From positions 186,001 to 250,000 of the forward strand of contig JACPUC010000008.1 of assembly GCA_016192455.1 (NCBI GenBank): DNA of 64,000 nucleotides. The letters run 5' to 3'. A model generated the notes under the pieces. That model saw nothing but the letters and a program-made list of their open reading frames with translations. It had not been told where the DNA came from and made no database searches. Below are positions 1 to 8,899 of the stretch, in pieces (position 1 is the first letter of the stretch; every line of letters starts with the position of its first letter). A program made the translations under genes and the position numbers. This DNA comes from Candidatus Tectimicrobiota bacterium (lineage in GTDB: Bacteria > JACPUC01).

Positions 1-495
1 ATGCGCGTGTTCGGCCGCGAACAAGGGTCATCGTGCAGCCCGGCTGCTGCAATTTCACCACGATACTGAAAGTGGAGGTCAGCGAGAGAAAGCCGCACGC
101 GGCCAACAATGACGAGGCCATAATGTTCGTGATTGGAGCTCTCACTCGGCAGGACGAAGCCGGAGAGATCATCTCCCTCTCTTCCGTTCAAGTGGATAGC
201 GTCCCCTGGTATCTGCAACCCTGCTCTCCCCGTGAAGTGCTGCATCGGTTCCGGAAAATTCTTCCCTTGCTTTCCGGTGCTTCCCTAGCTAGAGAACTAC
301 GCTCATGTGCCGTGCCCCGTGAGAAATCGACTGCCTCCTTGGGTCCACGCTGAAATTTGGGTCTGGATCTTAGAGCCATCTGGAAAGACAAGCAGCCTGC
401 CGAGCGCTAAGCGAAGCCATGGCGTCCGCACCGACTTCATGGGAACCTTGCTGATCGCAGGCGAAAACACGAGTCGGAATTTTCTTTCCAAACTC

Positions 496-1239
496 TCACG
501 GATAGGGATGAACAACACGCAGACCGCGCTGCGCCACGGCATCCAGCGCCAGGCGGGAGAGCTCCGGCACATCTTCCTTCATGCCAAGGATAACGAGATG
601 ATCTCCTGTGCGCACACCGCGTGGATCATCGGAGTAGTTTTCGCCGATGGCGTCTCCTTTAAGTATAAGGAAGCTCAGAACAGCATGGAGCCGCTTGCGC
701 ATAAAGTCAATAAGAGGGACCAATGCGTAACTATTTTGGTAATACTTTTTCCTTGTAATAATGTCCCCCTCACCAGGTTTTGCCCATTGAAACATGTTAA
801 TGATAATCAGCCGCCTTGACACCCGGATCAATTCACTTACTGGTCTCTCATAGTGTCGCTGATGCTCAATCACGCTCTTCACATAACTTACATCAAAAGC
901 GCCATCGGAGAAGGGGAGACGCCGGATATTTGCTTTCCTGAATTGCACCTGAGGGAACTCTTTCTTTCCCGCCCGCAGGAATTGCGAGGCACCGTCAACA
1001 ACAGTGTAGTTCGTTGCCGCCAGACCGCCCCGCGCCGCCAACATTCGCAGCTCATGACAGCTCCCTGCCCCCACCTCCAAGATCGACGAAAGACGCCGCA
1101 GGAGCATGAAGGAGACGAACCACTCACGATCGGGATGGTGATCTTCGAGATACCCGTGGGCAGGCCTTTCAGCCCAGCGTGGGTCTGGGATGAGACCAAG
1201 TGCGGCAAGATAGTTCTTCACGCGCCGAAGACCACGCAT
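496..1239 (-). CDS. Class I SAM-dependent methyltransferase (Methyltransf_11-like)
   Basis: ILEVGAG motif I and LPFSDGAFD motif. ATG at 1239 follows an AGGGGAGGAG RBS; the upstream extension of the ORF to 1578 overlaps the neighbouring gene. Lower GC than the window. Confidence 0.8.
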   Translation of the reverse strand: MRGLRRVKNYLAALGLIPDPRWAERPAHGYLEDHHPDREWFVSFMLLRRLSSILEVGAGSCHELRMLAARGGLAATNYTVVDGASQFLRAGKKEFPQVQFRKANIRRLPFSDGAFDVSYVKSVIEHQRHYERPVSELIRVSRRLIIINMFQWAKPGEGDIITRKKYYQNSYALVPLIDFMRKRLHAVLSFLILKGDAIGENYSDDPRGVRTGDHLVILGMKEDVPELSRLALDAVAQRGLRVVHPYP

Positions 1240-1265
1240 CCTCCTCCCCTTTGAGACCGGAGTCG

Positions 1266-2720
1266 TTATCGGACTGAACGCGAGTAGAGCAACCTGGGAT
1301 TGCGCTCCTTCACCACGGCAGCCCAGGCGTAGGCCGGATGCCGCACGGTGGTCGCCAGGGCGCGCCAGGCGGCTCGGACGCGACTGTAAGTGGCGCTCCG
1401 CCGCACCACGTCCTTCAACGCACGCCAGGCCAGGCCCGGGGCATAGCAGGCGTAGAGGCGCACGTGGAAGTACTTCACGAAGCGCACGATCTCGGCTTCG
1501 GAGAGGAGGTCGTTCTTGATGACACTGTGGGCGAAGTAGTTGTCGTAGTGGCCGGTCACCAGTTTCTTCTCGAAGCACTCATCGCCCAGCGCCGTGCCGC
1601 GATAGGGATAGAAGATGCTGATCTGCGCGCGCGCCGGCTTGATGCGGCGATTGAACGCCAAGGTCTTGCGCATCGTCTCCCTGGTCTCGCCCGGCACCCC
1701 CACCATGTTGAACGAGTGCATCGGAATGCCGACCTTGCGAGCCAGCTCAAAGACTTCAATGATCTGCCGGTCTTTCATCCTGCGCTTCAGGATATGCGTG
1801 CGCAGGTCTTCATCACCCGTCTCAACGCCGACCTGGATGAGACTGCACCCCATGTCCTTCAGCGCCTCCAGGACCTCGCGATCGATGGTCTCGACGCGAC
1901 CGTTGACCATGAAGTTGACGCGCTTGAGGTGCTCCGGGTAATGGTTCGCCAGCTCCAGCAGCCATTTCTTGTTGATGGTAAAGAGATCATCATCGATGAC
2001 GAAGGTGTCAAACGTGTACTCCTGAAGATCACGTTCAACCTGCCCGATGCACCACGTTGGGCTCGGCGCCCGCACGTACTCTTTCTTATTGGGAAAAACG
2101 GCGCGCAGACCGGTGCAGCCGCAGTAGCTGCAATCATAGGGACAGCCTCGCGAGAAGATGAAGCGTGGGTGCCACCTAAGGGGAACCCCGCGTTTAGCGT
2201 CGCGGAAGCGTTTGAACATCCGCCGATCTGAATAGGGGACGGTATCCAGATTCTGGACATAGTAGGAGTATGGGTTCGAGATGGTTTCACCGTTGCGTCG
2301 AAAGGTGAAGTTCGGGATGTCGTAGAAATCCTTTCCCGCCTCCATGCGGGTGACCAGCTCGAGGAGCGGTCCCTCCGCTTCGCCGACGCAGACCCCCAGG
2401 AGCTTCGGAAACTGGAAAATCTGGTTCGGCACCATGGTCACGTGCACGCCGCCGAGGATGCAGGGAACGTGTGGATACGTCGCGCTGACGTGATCGAACA
2501 GGCGCTTGATGTAGACGACCTGATGACTCTCCGCCGTGGCGGCGAAGAGATCTGGCTGGAACGCCTTGATCGTTTCGTCGACGTGCGACCAGTCGAGATC
2601 ATAGAGCTCGAGGAGCGCCGTTTCGTGCCCCGCCTCTTTGAGGACGGCGGAGAGAAACCCAAGCCCGTGGTGGTACTTGGCCCGGCAGTTGATCATCGAG
2701 AGGGCGAAGAGAACTCTCAT
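1266..2720 (-). CDS. Cobalamin-binding-domain radical SAM protein
   Basis: N-terminal B12-binding Rossmann segment (GLGFLSAVLKEAGH, ILGGVHVT, VGEAE); RGCPYDCSYC CxxxCxxC; DDDLF; GVETG. Start is 2720 (ATG) or 2732 (GTG). Confidence 0.9.
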   Translation of the reverse strand: MRVLFALSMINCRAKYHHGLGFLSAVLKEAGHETALLELYDLDWSHVDETIKAFQPDLFAATAESHQVVYIKRLFDHVSATYPHVPCILGGVHVTMVPNQIFQFPKLLGVCVGEAEGPLLELVTRMEAGKDFYDIPNFTFRRNGETISNPYSYYVQNLDTVPYSDRRMFKRFRDAKRGVPLRWHPRFIFSRGCPYDCSYCGCTGLRAVFPNKKEYVRAPSPTWCIGQVERDLQEYTFDTFVIDDDLFTINKKWLLELANHYPEHLKRVNFMVNGRVETIDREVLEALKDMGCSLIQVGVETGDEDLRTHILKRRMKDRQIIEVFELARKVGIPMHSFNMVGVPGETRETMRKTLAFNRRIKPARAQISIFYPYRGTALGDECFEKKLVTGHYDNYFAHSVIKNDLLSEAEIVRFVKYFHVRLYACYAPGLAWRALKDVVRRSATYSRVRAAWRALATTVRHPAYAWAAVVKERNPRLLYSRSVR

Positions 2721-2966
2721 CTCTATCTCCACACCGCGTGAGGTCGTCTCCTCACGGCAGGTGAATGGGAGGACGCCGCGTGAGGTTTCAGAGGGCGGCG
2801 GTTATTGTGGCTCACGCGTAACACCCACATCGCGGCACATCATAGAGAATCATGTGCCCACACGTTACCGGAGACCCGGCGCCCCCTCTGCCAAGGCGCG
2901 TCTCCGGCGCCAGGCCTGGGCCGCCGGGGACATGGGGCATGCAGGGAAAGACGCGCGGCGCAGCCT

Positions 2967-3749
2967 TCAGCGATCGAGGTAACCATCCTGGTAGTACTCC
3001 TCGAACTCCGTGGGGGTGATGATGGTGAAGGGTTCGAGGCCGCGCGCCGCCATGTACTCATGGATCTGCCGCAGGAAGCGCACGTGGTAGCGGTGCGCCG
3101 TCTCGTAGTGCTCCAGGTAGGCGGCCGTGCCGGGGAGGTGCTTCGGCTCCGAGGCGGCGTTGTAGTGCAGGCGCTGGCCGCTCCGCGCCAGGCTCCCAAA
3201 GCCGTCGAGGCCGGCGACGACGATGCGCCGCGCCCCCATGACGATGGCGGCGCCAATGGAGACGATGGCGGCCGACTTGCAGCTCGCCTGGATGACGCCG
3301 TCCAGGATGTCGAAGTCGGCCTCGTTGTCGTCGCGGTACATGAGGACCTCGAAGTCCCCGGCATGGACCTGGCGGATAAAGTGCAGGGGGATGGTTGGGC
3401 TGACGAGGAGCTTCGACTTCGCCGCATCGAAGGTATGGCCGTAGTCGAGGAGGCGATGGCGGCTGGTGAAGACGTGGTAGTGGGGGTGGATGAACTCCGC
3501 GATGGTGTTGGGACCGATGGTGATCGGCTGCTCGCGCTCGATGAAGGCGTGGATCTTGGCGGCCTGCTCCCGCAGCGACGGCCCGGTGCCGAAGACCAGG
3601 AACGTGGCGCCCTGGTGGCGATCCGCATAGGCGGGCCGGTGAAGCTGGGGGTTCTCCACGGCCTTCGGCAGCGCCGGCGCCTGCCGCCGCCGCCAGAGCC
3701 GCGCCATGCTGCTGGTCGCAAACTGTTTCGCGCGGCTGAGCAAGCTCAT
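2967..3749 (-). CDS. DUF115 / MptE-like / Maf-type protein (putative glycosyltransferase)
   Basis: FLVFGTGPSL (GxGPSL) motif and MGARRIVVAGLDG motif typical of the family; ATG at 3749 lies downstream of the neighbouring stop. Confidence 0.7.
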   Translation of the reverse strand: MSLLSRAKQFATSSMARLWRRRQAPALPKAVENPQLHRPAYADRHQGATFLVFGTGPSLREQAAKIHAFIEREQPITIGPNTIAEFIHPHYHVFTSRHRLLDYGHTFDAAKSKLLVSPTIPLHFIRQVHAGDFEVLMYRDDNEADFDILDGVIQASCKSAAIVSIGAAIVMGARRIVVAGLDGFGSLARSGQRLHYNAASEPKHLPGTAAYLEHYETAHRYHVRFLRQIHEYMAARGLEPFTIITPTEFEEYYQDGYLDR

Positions 3750-3789
3750 CGGCCCGCGGCCTTCGTCCTGCCCCTCGTGGTCCCGTCGC

Positions 3790-5436
3790 TCAACCGTAGC
3801 GGTTCCTCGTCCAGGTCTTGTAGACAAAGACCATGGCCTTGAAGAAGAGGTTGGCGTAGGAGCGTTCACGCTCGATGGCGCGCTCGAGCAGCCGCACCAG
3901 GGGCATGAGGAGGCGCGGCAGGCGGATGTAGAACTGGAAGGTCTTCTGCAGCGCCATGAGCGTCCGCTTGCTGATCTGCGGCATGGTGAGGATGGTGCCG
4001 GTGCGGTAGCCGATCGGCTCCTCCTTGCCGGTGATGAAGCCTTCCTTGATGCAGAGCTCCCGCAGGGGCGAGCCGCGGTAGGGGTAGAAGAGGTTGACGT
4101 TCGTCGCCGCCGGATCGGCCTGCCGGTTCATCTCGAAGGTCTCCATGATCAGCTCGCGCGTCTCGTAGGGGAGGCCGATGATGTTGTTCGCGGTGGCGCG
4201 GATTTTCCTGTGCTGCTTCAGAATGCGGAAGGCGTCGATGATGTGCTTGTTAGTGACGTTCTTCTTCAGGACCGTGCGCCGGAACTCCTCGTTGCCGGTT
4301 TCCAGGCCGATGGCGATGTTGATGCAGCCGGAGTCCTCGAGCATCCGCGCCGTCCTCGCGGTGATCGTGCTCGCCGTGGTCTGGATGGCATAGGGCAAGC
4401 CGATGCGGCGCGTGTAGAGCGCGCAGAACTTCTCGAAACGAGCCAGCGGCATGGCGAGGAAGGTCTCGTCGTGGAAATAGGCGAGGTTGATGCCGTCAGT
4501 CTCCTTGAAGTGGGCGATCTCGTCGATCGTCAGCTCCAACGGTTTCTCGCGCAGGTTCGACTTCGGCTGCAGGCCACGGTAGATTTCGGCGTAGCCGGGC
4601 TCGATGCAGTACTGGCACTTGAAGGGACAGCCGCGCGACATCTCGAAGTTGCCCATGCGGTAGACAATGCCGCCGAGGGGCCGGTAGAGGTGGCGCTCCT
4701 CGAAGATCGACCAGTCCTGCCGCGGCAGGGTCGCCAGGTCGGTCACCGGCCGCATGGGGTTGCGGTGGACCGTGCCGTTCTGCTTCACCCACAGGTTGGC
4801 GATGCCGGCGATGTCGTCGCCCGCCGCCAGGGCGTTGCACAGCTCGACGAGGGCCGACTCCCCCTCGCCGGTGCACAAGATGTCAACGCAGTCCTCGGCG
4901 ATGACCGATTCCGGCTCCGTCGTCACCCGCACCCCGCCGAGCACCGTCGGGATGCCGAGGTCGCGCACCGCCTGCAACAGGCGCAGGGCGATCGCGTAGG
5001 TGTTCTCCACCACGGTCACGGCGATGAGGTCGGGCCGCTCCTGCAGGACGCGACGCCGGAACATCTGCTCGACATCCTCGACCCGCTGCCAATCGACGCC
5101 GTACTGGCGCAGATCAGCCTCGCGCACCTGCAGGGTGGCGTAGCGCGCCTCCTCGTCCGAGTGCTCTTCTTCGATCTTCAGGAAGGTCGTGTCGAACAGG
5201 CTCGTCCGGTGGCCGACCTGGCGCAGGCAGGCGGACAAGACGGAGAGCGCCAGGGGGATGCGGTTCGTCAGCAGGGTGTTCGGGTAGACGAAGAGGACGT
5301 GCAGAGGCCGCACCGGTTTCGCGGCGCACACCGGGGTGAGATCGGAGTTCTCCTTCCGCGTCTCTGAATCGATGAGATTCAGTGTCGCTTTCGCCTCGGC
5401 AGCGCGCGGTTGCGTTCTCTCTGCAACTCCCGCCAT
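3790..5436 (-). CDS. Cobalamin-binding-domain radical SAM protein
   Basis: PLALSVLSACL, VLGGVRVT, GEGE, SRGCPFKCQYC, FHDETF, GLETG; GAGAGGAG RBS before ATG 5436. Confidence 0.9.
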   Translation of the reverse strand: MAGVAERTQPRAAEAKATLNLIDSETRKENSDLTPVCAAKPVRPLHVLFVYPNTLLTNRIPLALSVLSACLRQVGHRTSLFDTTFLKIEEEHSDEEARYATLQVREADLRQYGVDWQRVEDVEQMFRRRVLQERPDLIAVTVVENTYAIALRLLQAVRDLGIPTVLGGVRVTTEPESVIAEDCVDILCTGEGESALVELCNALAAGDDIAGIANLWVKQNGTVHRNPMRPVTDLATLPRQDWSIFEERHLYRPLGGIVYRMGNFEMSRGCPFKCQYCIEPGYAEIYRGLQPKSNLREKPLELTIDEIAHFKETDGINLAYFHDETFLAMPLARFEKFCALYTRRIGLPYAIQTTASTITARTARMLEDSGCINIAIGLETGNEEFRRTVLKKNVTNKHIIDAFRILKQHRKIRATANNIIGLPYETRELIMETFEMNRQADPAATNVNLFYPYRGSPLRELCIKEGFITGKEEPIGYRTGTILTMPQISKRTLMALQKTFQFYIRLPRLLMPLVRLLERAIERERSYANLFFKAMVFVYKTWTRNRYG

Positions 5437-5605
5437 GGGTGGTGCTCCTCTCACCTCTATGATCTCTGCCGCGCGTCGCCTGAGGCGCAGCACAGCTCGT
5501 TTCGCGTCGGTCTCGCTGCCCGGTCAGCCCTCGCTCCCCGCCTCAGCGCGTCAATCCTTTTGCCAGGGCGCCGGGCTTGTTTCGAGTATGTGAAGCCGGG
5601 GAACC

Positions 5606-6781
5606 TCACGCCACTCTCATCGCCGGGTTTTCGGAGAGGGTGCGCGACGAGGACGAGGTGTCCACCTCCGCCGCGACGCGCCGCCACTGCGGCGGGGTGT
5701 GGCCACGCCGGCGTTGCCGCAGCTTGCCGAGGAGATGGCGGCCGAGATGCCTGCCCAGGCGGAGCTGGAAGGGGGGGCGATGGAAGTTGAGGGTGAGGCC
5801 GGCGAGGATCTCGCAGAGCAGCCCACCTCCCCATCCCTGGCGCTGGCTGTGCCACACGTCGGTGCACACGCGCCGCGCGAACTCGAGCGCCTTGTCGTCC
5901 TGCCAGGCCTGGCTCAGCCCATGCCGCGCCGCGAACGCCGCGATGAGCGTCTTCACGGCGCGGCGCAGGCGGCGCAGGTCGCCGGGACGCCGCAGGACCT
6001 CGCCCGCCGTGCCGCGCTGCGCCCAGATGCGGCTGAGGACCTGGATCATCCGCGGCTCGAGGGTTGGGCAGAGATCCTGGATGGCGCGGCAGCTCAAGCG
6101 TTCGGCGTAGCCCTGGCGGCGCAGCCCTTGGGTCGAGGAGATGGAGCGCTCGTGGTGCTCGAGGTGCACGAGCACCTCGGGCAGGGCGCCGATCACGAGA
6201 CCCCGCTCCAGGGCGCGCGTCCAGAGCGCATAGTCCTGCGCCACCGGGAACGACTCGTCATACCCCCCCAGCGCGTTGAGGATCACCTCGCGGCGGAACA
6301 TCACCGTGCTGTGCCCCATCGGGTTGTCGAAGAGCATCCGCCAGCGCTGTTCGACGGCGTCCGCCGGCGGGATGCCGAGGTAGCCGGTGCTTTTGCGAAA
6401 GCCGGTGAACAGCAGGGCGCAGCGCGGGTGCGCCTGGAAGTAGCTGATCTGGCGCTCCAGCCGCTGCGGCGCTGACACGTCGTCGGCGTCCAGGCGGGCG
6501 AGGTACGTCCCCATCGCCAGCGCCAGGCCGCGATTCAGCGACCTCGTCAGGCCCAGGTTGCGCTCGTTGTCGATCAGCCTGATGCGGGGGTCGTGGTAGC
6601 TGGCGCACACCTGCCGGCTGCCGTCCGTCGAGGCGTCATTGATGATGAGGAACTCAAACTCCCGCCAGGTCTGCGCCAGCACCGACTCGATGGCGGCGGC
6701 CAGATGCGCCTCGCCGTTGTACACGCACATCAGGACGGTGACGCGGGGAACCTCGCCATTCCGGTTCGGCAGACCCTTCAC
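5606..6781 (-). CDS. Glycosyltransferase family 2
   Basis: VTVLMCVYNGE, IINDASTD, ARLDADD, QDYALW; GTGA overlap with the upstream GT4 stop. Confidence 0.92.
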   Translation of the reverse strand: MKGLPNRNGEVPRVTVLMCVYNGEAHLAAAIESVLAQTWREFEFLIINDASTDGSRQVCASYHDPRIRLIDNERNLGLTRSLNRGLALAMGTYLARLDADDVSAPQRLERQISYFQAHPRCALLFTGFRKSTGYLGIPPADAVEQRWRMLFDNPMGHSTVMFRREVILNALGGYDESFPVAQDYALWTRALERGLVIGALPEVLVHLEHHERSISSTQGLRRQGYAERLSCRAIQDLCPTLEPRMIQVLSRIWAQRGTAGEVLRRPGDLRRLRRAVKTLIAAFAARHGLSQAWQDDKALEFARRVCTDVWHSQRQGWGGGLLCEILAGLTLNFHRPPFQLRLGRHLGRHLLGKLRQRRRGHTPPQWRRVAAEVDTSSSSRTLSENPAMRVA

Positions 6782-7884
6782 GCGCTCCCTCTCACTGCCG
6801 CGTTTCCGCCTTCCAGGAGCGCCTGGAAGACTTCGCCGTGGCGCGCGTACCAGGGTTCGCCGGCGTACCGCGTCAGGGCACGCTGCCGGGCGCGGTGGGA
6901 AAAGCCCTCATAGTCCCGTAGGAGGCGCTCGATGCCGGCGAGCACATCAGCCGGCTTCAAGGCGTACGCCACGTCCCAGTCCATCACCGAGGGCACCGCC
7001 ACCCCGGCCTCCTCCTCGCCGATCAGCTCGGGGGTGCCGCCGGTGCCGGCGCAGACGACCGGCAGCCCGCAGGCCATCGCCTCGATGACGACGGAGGGGC
7101 AGGGATCGTTGTACTTCATGTGCAGGAAGAGGTCGGCGCGCTGGTAGATCGACGGCGCTTCCGCCAGGGAGTACGGAGGAAGGAGCTCGACGCGTTCCGC
7201 CACGCCTTCCTCTTCAAGCAGCGCCGCCAGCCTCGCCGCTCCACCTTCAAAGCGCAGCTCGCCGGCGATCAGGAGCCGGGCGTCGCAGCCGCCGCGAACC
7301 AGGGCCGCCACGGCGCGCACCGCCGGCTCGAGGCGCTCAAAGCGGACGAAGACGCCGGTGGTGAGGAAGACGGGGCGCCGGGGGTCCCAGGACCGCGCCT
7401 TCCGCGGCTGGAACCGCTGCACATCCACGGCGTTGTACAGCACCTCGCCCGGGCAGGGATCGGCGCCCAGGAAGCGGCGCGCGCAGGCACGGCTGAACTC
7501 GCTCTGGTAGAGCACGTAGGCCGCCCGCTGGTAGATGCGCCGCAGACGCGCGTTCTGCCCCTCCCAGCCGTCGCCGAACCAGGCCTTGTAGTGCAGCCCG
7601 TTGGCGTTGAAGACGAGTGGGATGCCGGCGCGCGACGCCGCCGTCGCCAGACCCACGGGGCAGTAGTTGCCATTCACCGTGTAGAGGAGGTTGAAGCCGC
7701 GCGGGGTGTGGGGGAAACGCTCCGCCAGGCGCTCGATCTTGCGGCTGGGGCCGCCGGGGCCGGGCTGCCAGTAGCCGTAGTGGACCCTCGGCACGGAGGC
7801 GGCCGCCCGTCGCCGCTTCAAGGCCACCGCCAGCAATGACGGGAAACGACAGGCGAGGCGCGCGGGGAGCGCCGCCAGGCTCAT
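6778..7884 (-). CDS. Glycosyltransferase family 4
   Basis: LYNAVD and DPCPSVVIEAMACGLPVV (GT-B motif), GGTPEL; probable ATG at 7884. Confidence 0.9.
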   Translation of the reverse strand: MSLAALPARLACRFPSLLAVALKRRRAAASVPRVHYGYWQPGPGGPSRKIERLAERFPHTPRGFNLLYTVNGNYCPVGLATAASRAGIPLVFNANGLHYKAWFGDGWEGQNARLRRIYQRAAYVLYQSEFSRACARRFLGADPCPGEVLYNAVDVQRFQPRKARSWDPRRPVFLTTGVFVRFERLEPAVRAVAALVRGGCDARLLIAGELRFEGGAARLAALLEEEGVAERVELLPPYSLAEAPSIYQRADLFLHMKYNDPCPSVVIEAMACGLPVVCAGTGGTPELIGEEEAGVAVPSVMDWDVAYALKPADVLAGIERLLRDYEGFSHRARQRALTRYAGEPWYARHGEVFQALLEGGNAAVRGSA

Positions 7885-8107
7885 GGGGAGGGCTGCCGGA
7901 GCGCGCCGGCGGGGCGGGCGCTGCGCGGCGACCCGCTTGAACGGACGCGCGGCCCACCCTGCACCACCATACAGCTCCGCCCCGTGAGGTACAAACGAGG
8001 TCTGCCCTCTCGCCCCGGAAACGCAGTGTGGACCGACGCACGCATGCTGCACGCTGCCGGGTGGAAGCGCCATCCCGCCGCCACCGCAGCCGCCCTACAT
8101 CTTCACG

Positions 8108-8686
8108 CTACATCTTCGCAATGCGGTCCGCCGCAATCCCCTCGGCGAGGAGACGCTCCCGGGATTGCAGCAAGGCGTCCAGCCGCGTGATCACCAGGCT
8201 GTCGAACTGCACCACCAACAGCCTGTCCAGGGGCATGACGCGGTGGCCCACACAGCGCTGGCCGACCTGCTGGTCATCCACGATGCCGACCAGCTTGAGG
8301 GGGTACTCCTGCAGGCAGAGAAAGGCGATCTCGGCCCCTTCACCCGCCCCGTAGAGGATGATGCGGGAAGCTCCCTCCCTGGCCAGTCGCTGGAAGATCA
8401 ACGAGTACTTCGTGCGGATATCCGTGATGTAGCTGATCGAGTAGCGCAGGAACTCGTAGGAGAGGCGGCTCTTCGCGATCATGCCGGCGGGGGTCAGAAT
8501 GTACTTGATGCGATTGCGCGGCAAGGTGGTGATCTTCAAGTACCCCTTCTTGATGAGGCGTTTCACAATCGCATTCGTCAGCCCGAGGGCGACCCCCAGG
8601 CGACCGGCGAGCTTGCGCTGCGAGATCTGCTCGTCCCTGTCGATCTCATCGAGGCAAATGAGCTCTCGCTGGGCGTTGACTTTCAT
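8108..8686 (-). CDS. Winged-helix (MarR-like, EPS-locus-associated) transcriptional regulator with C-terminal Rossmann-like domain
   Basis: ISQRKLAGRLGVALGLTN...YILTPAGMIAKSRL, then IILYGAGE; probable ATG at 8686. Confidence 0.85.
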   Translation of the reverse strand: MKVNAQRELICLDEIDRDEQISQRKLAGRLGVALGLTNAIVKRLIKKGYLKITTLPRNRIKYILTPAGMIAKSRLSYEFLRYSISYITDIRTKYSLIFQRLAREGASRIILYGAGEGAEIAFLCLQEYPLKLVGIVDDQQVGQRCVGHRVMPLDRLLVVQFDSLVITRLDALLQSRERLLAEGIAADRIAKM

Positions 8687-8760
8687 GCTACGATGCAGCT
8701 CTGGTGGGCTCGTCGGCAGGCCGTCGCAGTCGCCCACGAGGGTGGTTGCAAGAGTACACC

Positions 8761-8804
8761 GTTCAATACGTGAACAGTATCCCCGAGCCAAGCAATCCTG
8801 TCAA
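8761..8804 (-). promoter_or_regulatory. Sigma70-type promoter with overlapping palindromic operator
   Basis: Minus strand TTGACA (8799-8804)-17 nt-GATACT (8776-8781); GTTCA-N5-TGAAC palindrome at 8761-8775 over the expected transcription start. Confidence 0.65.
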
Positions 8805-8899
8805 GCAAGAAGTTTGACCCCTGGGGGGGTGCCGCTCAACGCTCCCGTTGCCGGAACCCTCCACGTCGTCCCCCAGACGCACGGCGGCAGCCCTCGACC

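Noticed and set aside
1-495. Gene at the left edge
   Set aside because: A minus-strand frame starting near 172 runs off the edge but shows no recognisable motif; the plus-strand ORFs are unconvincing.
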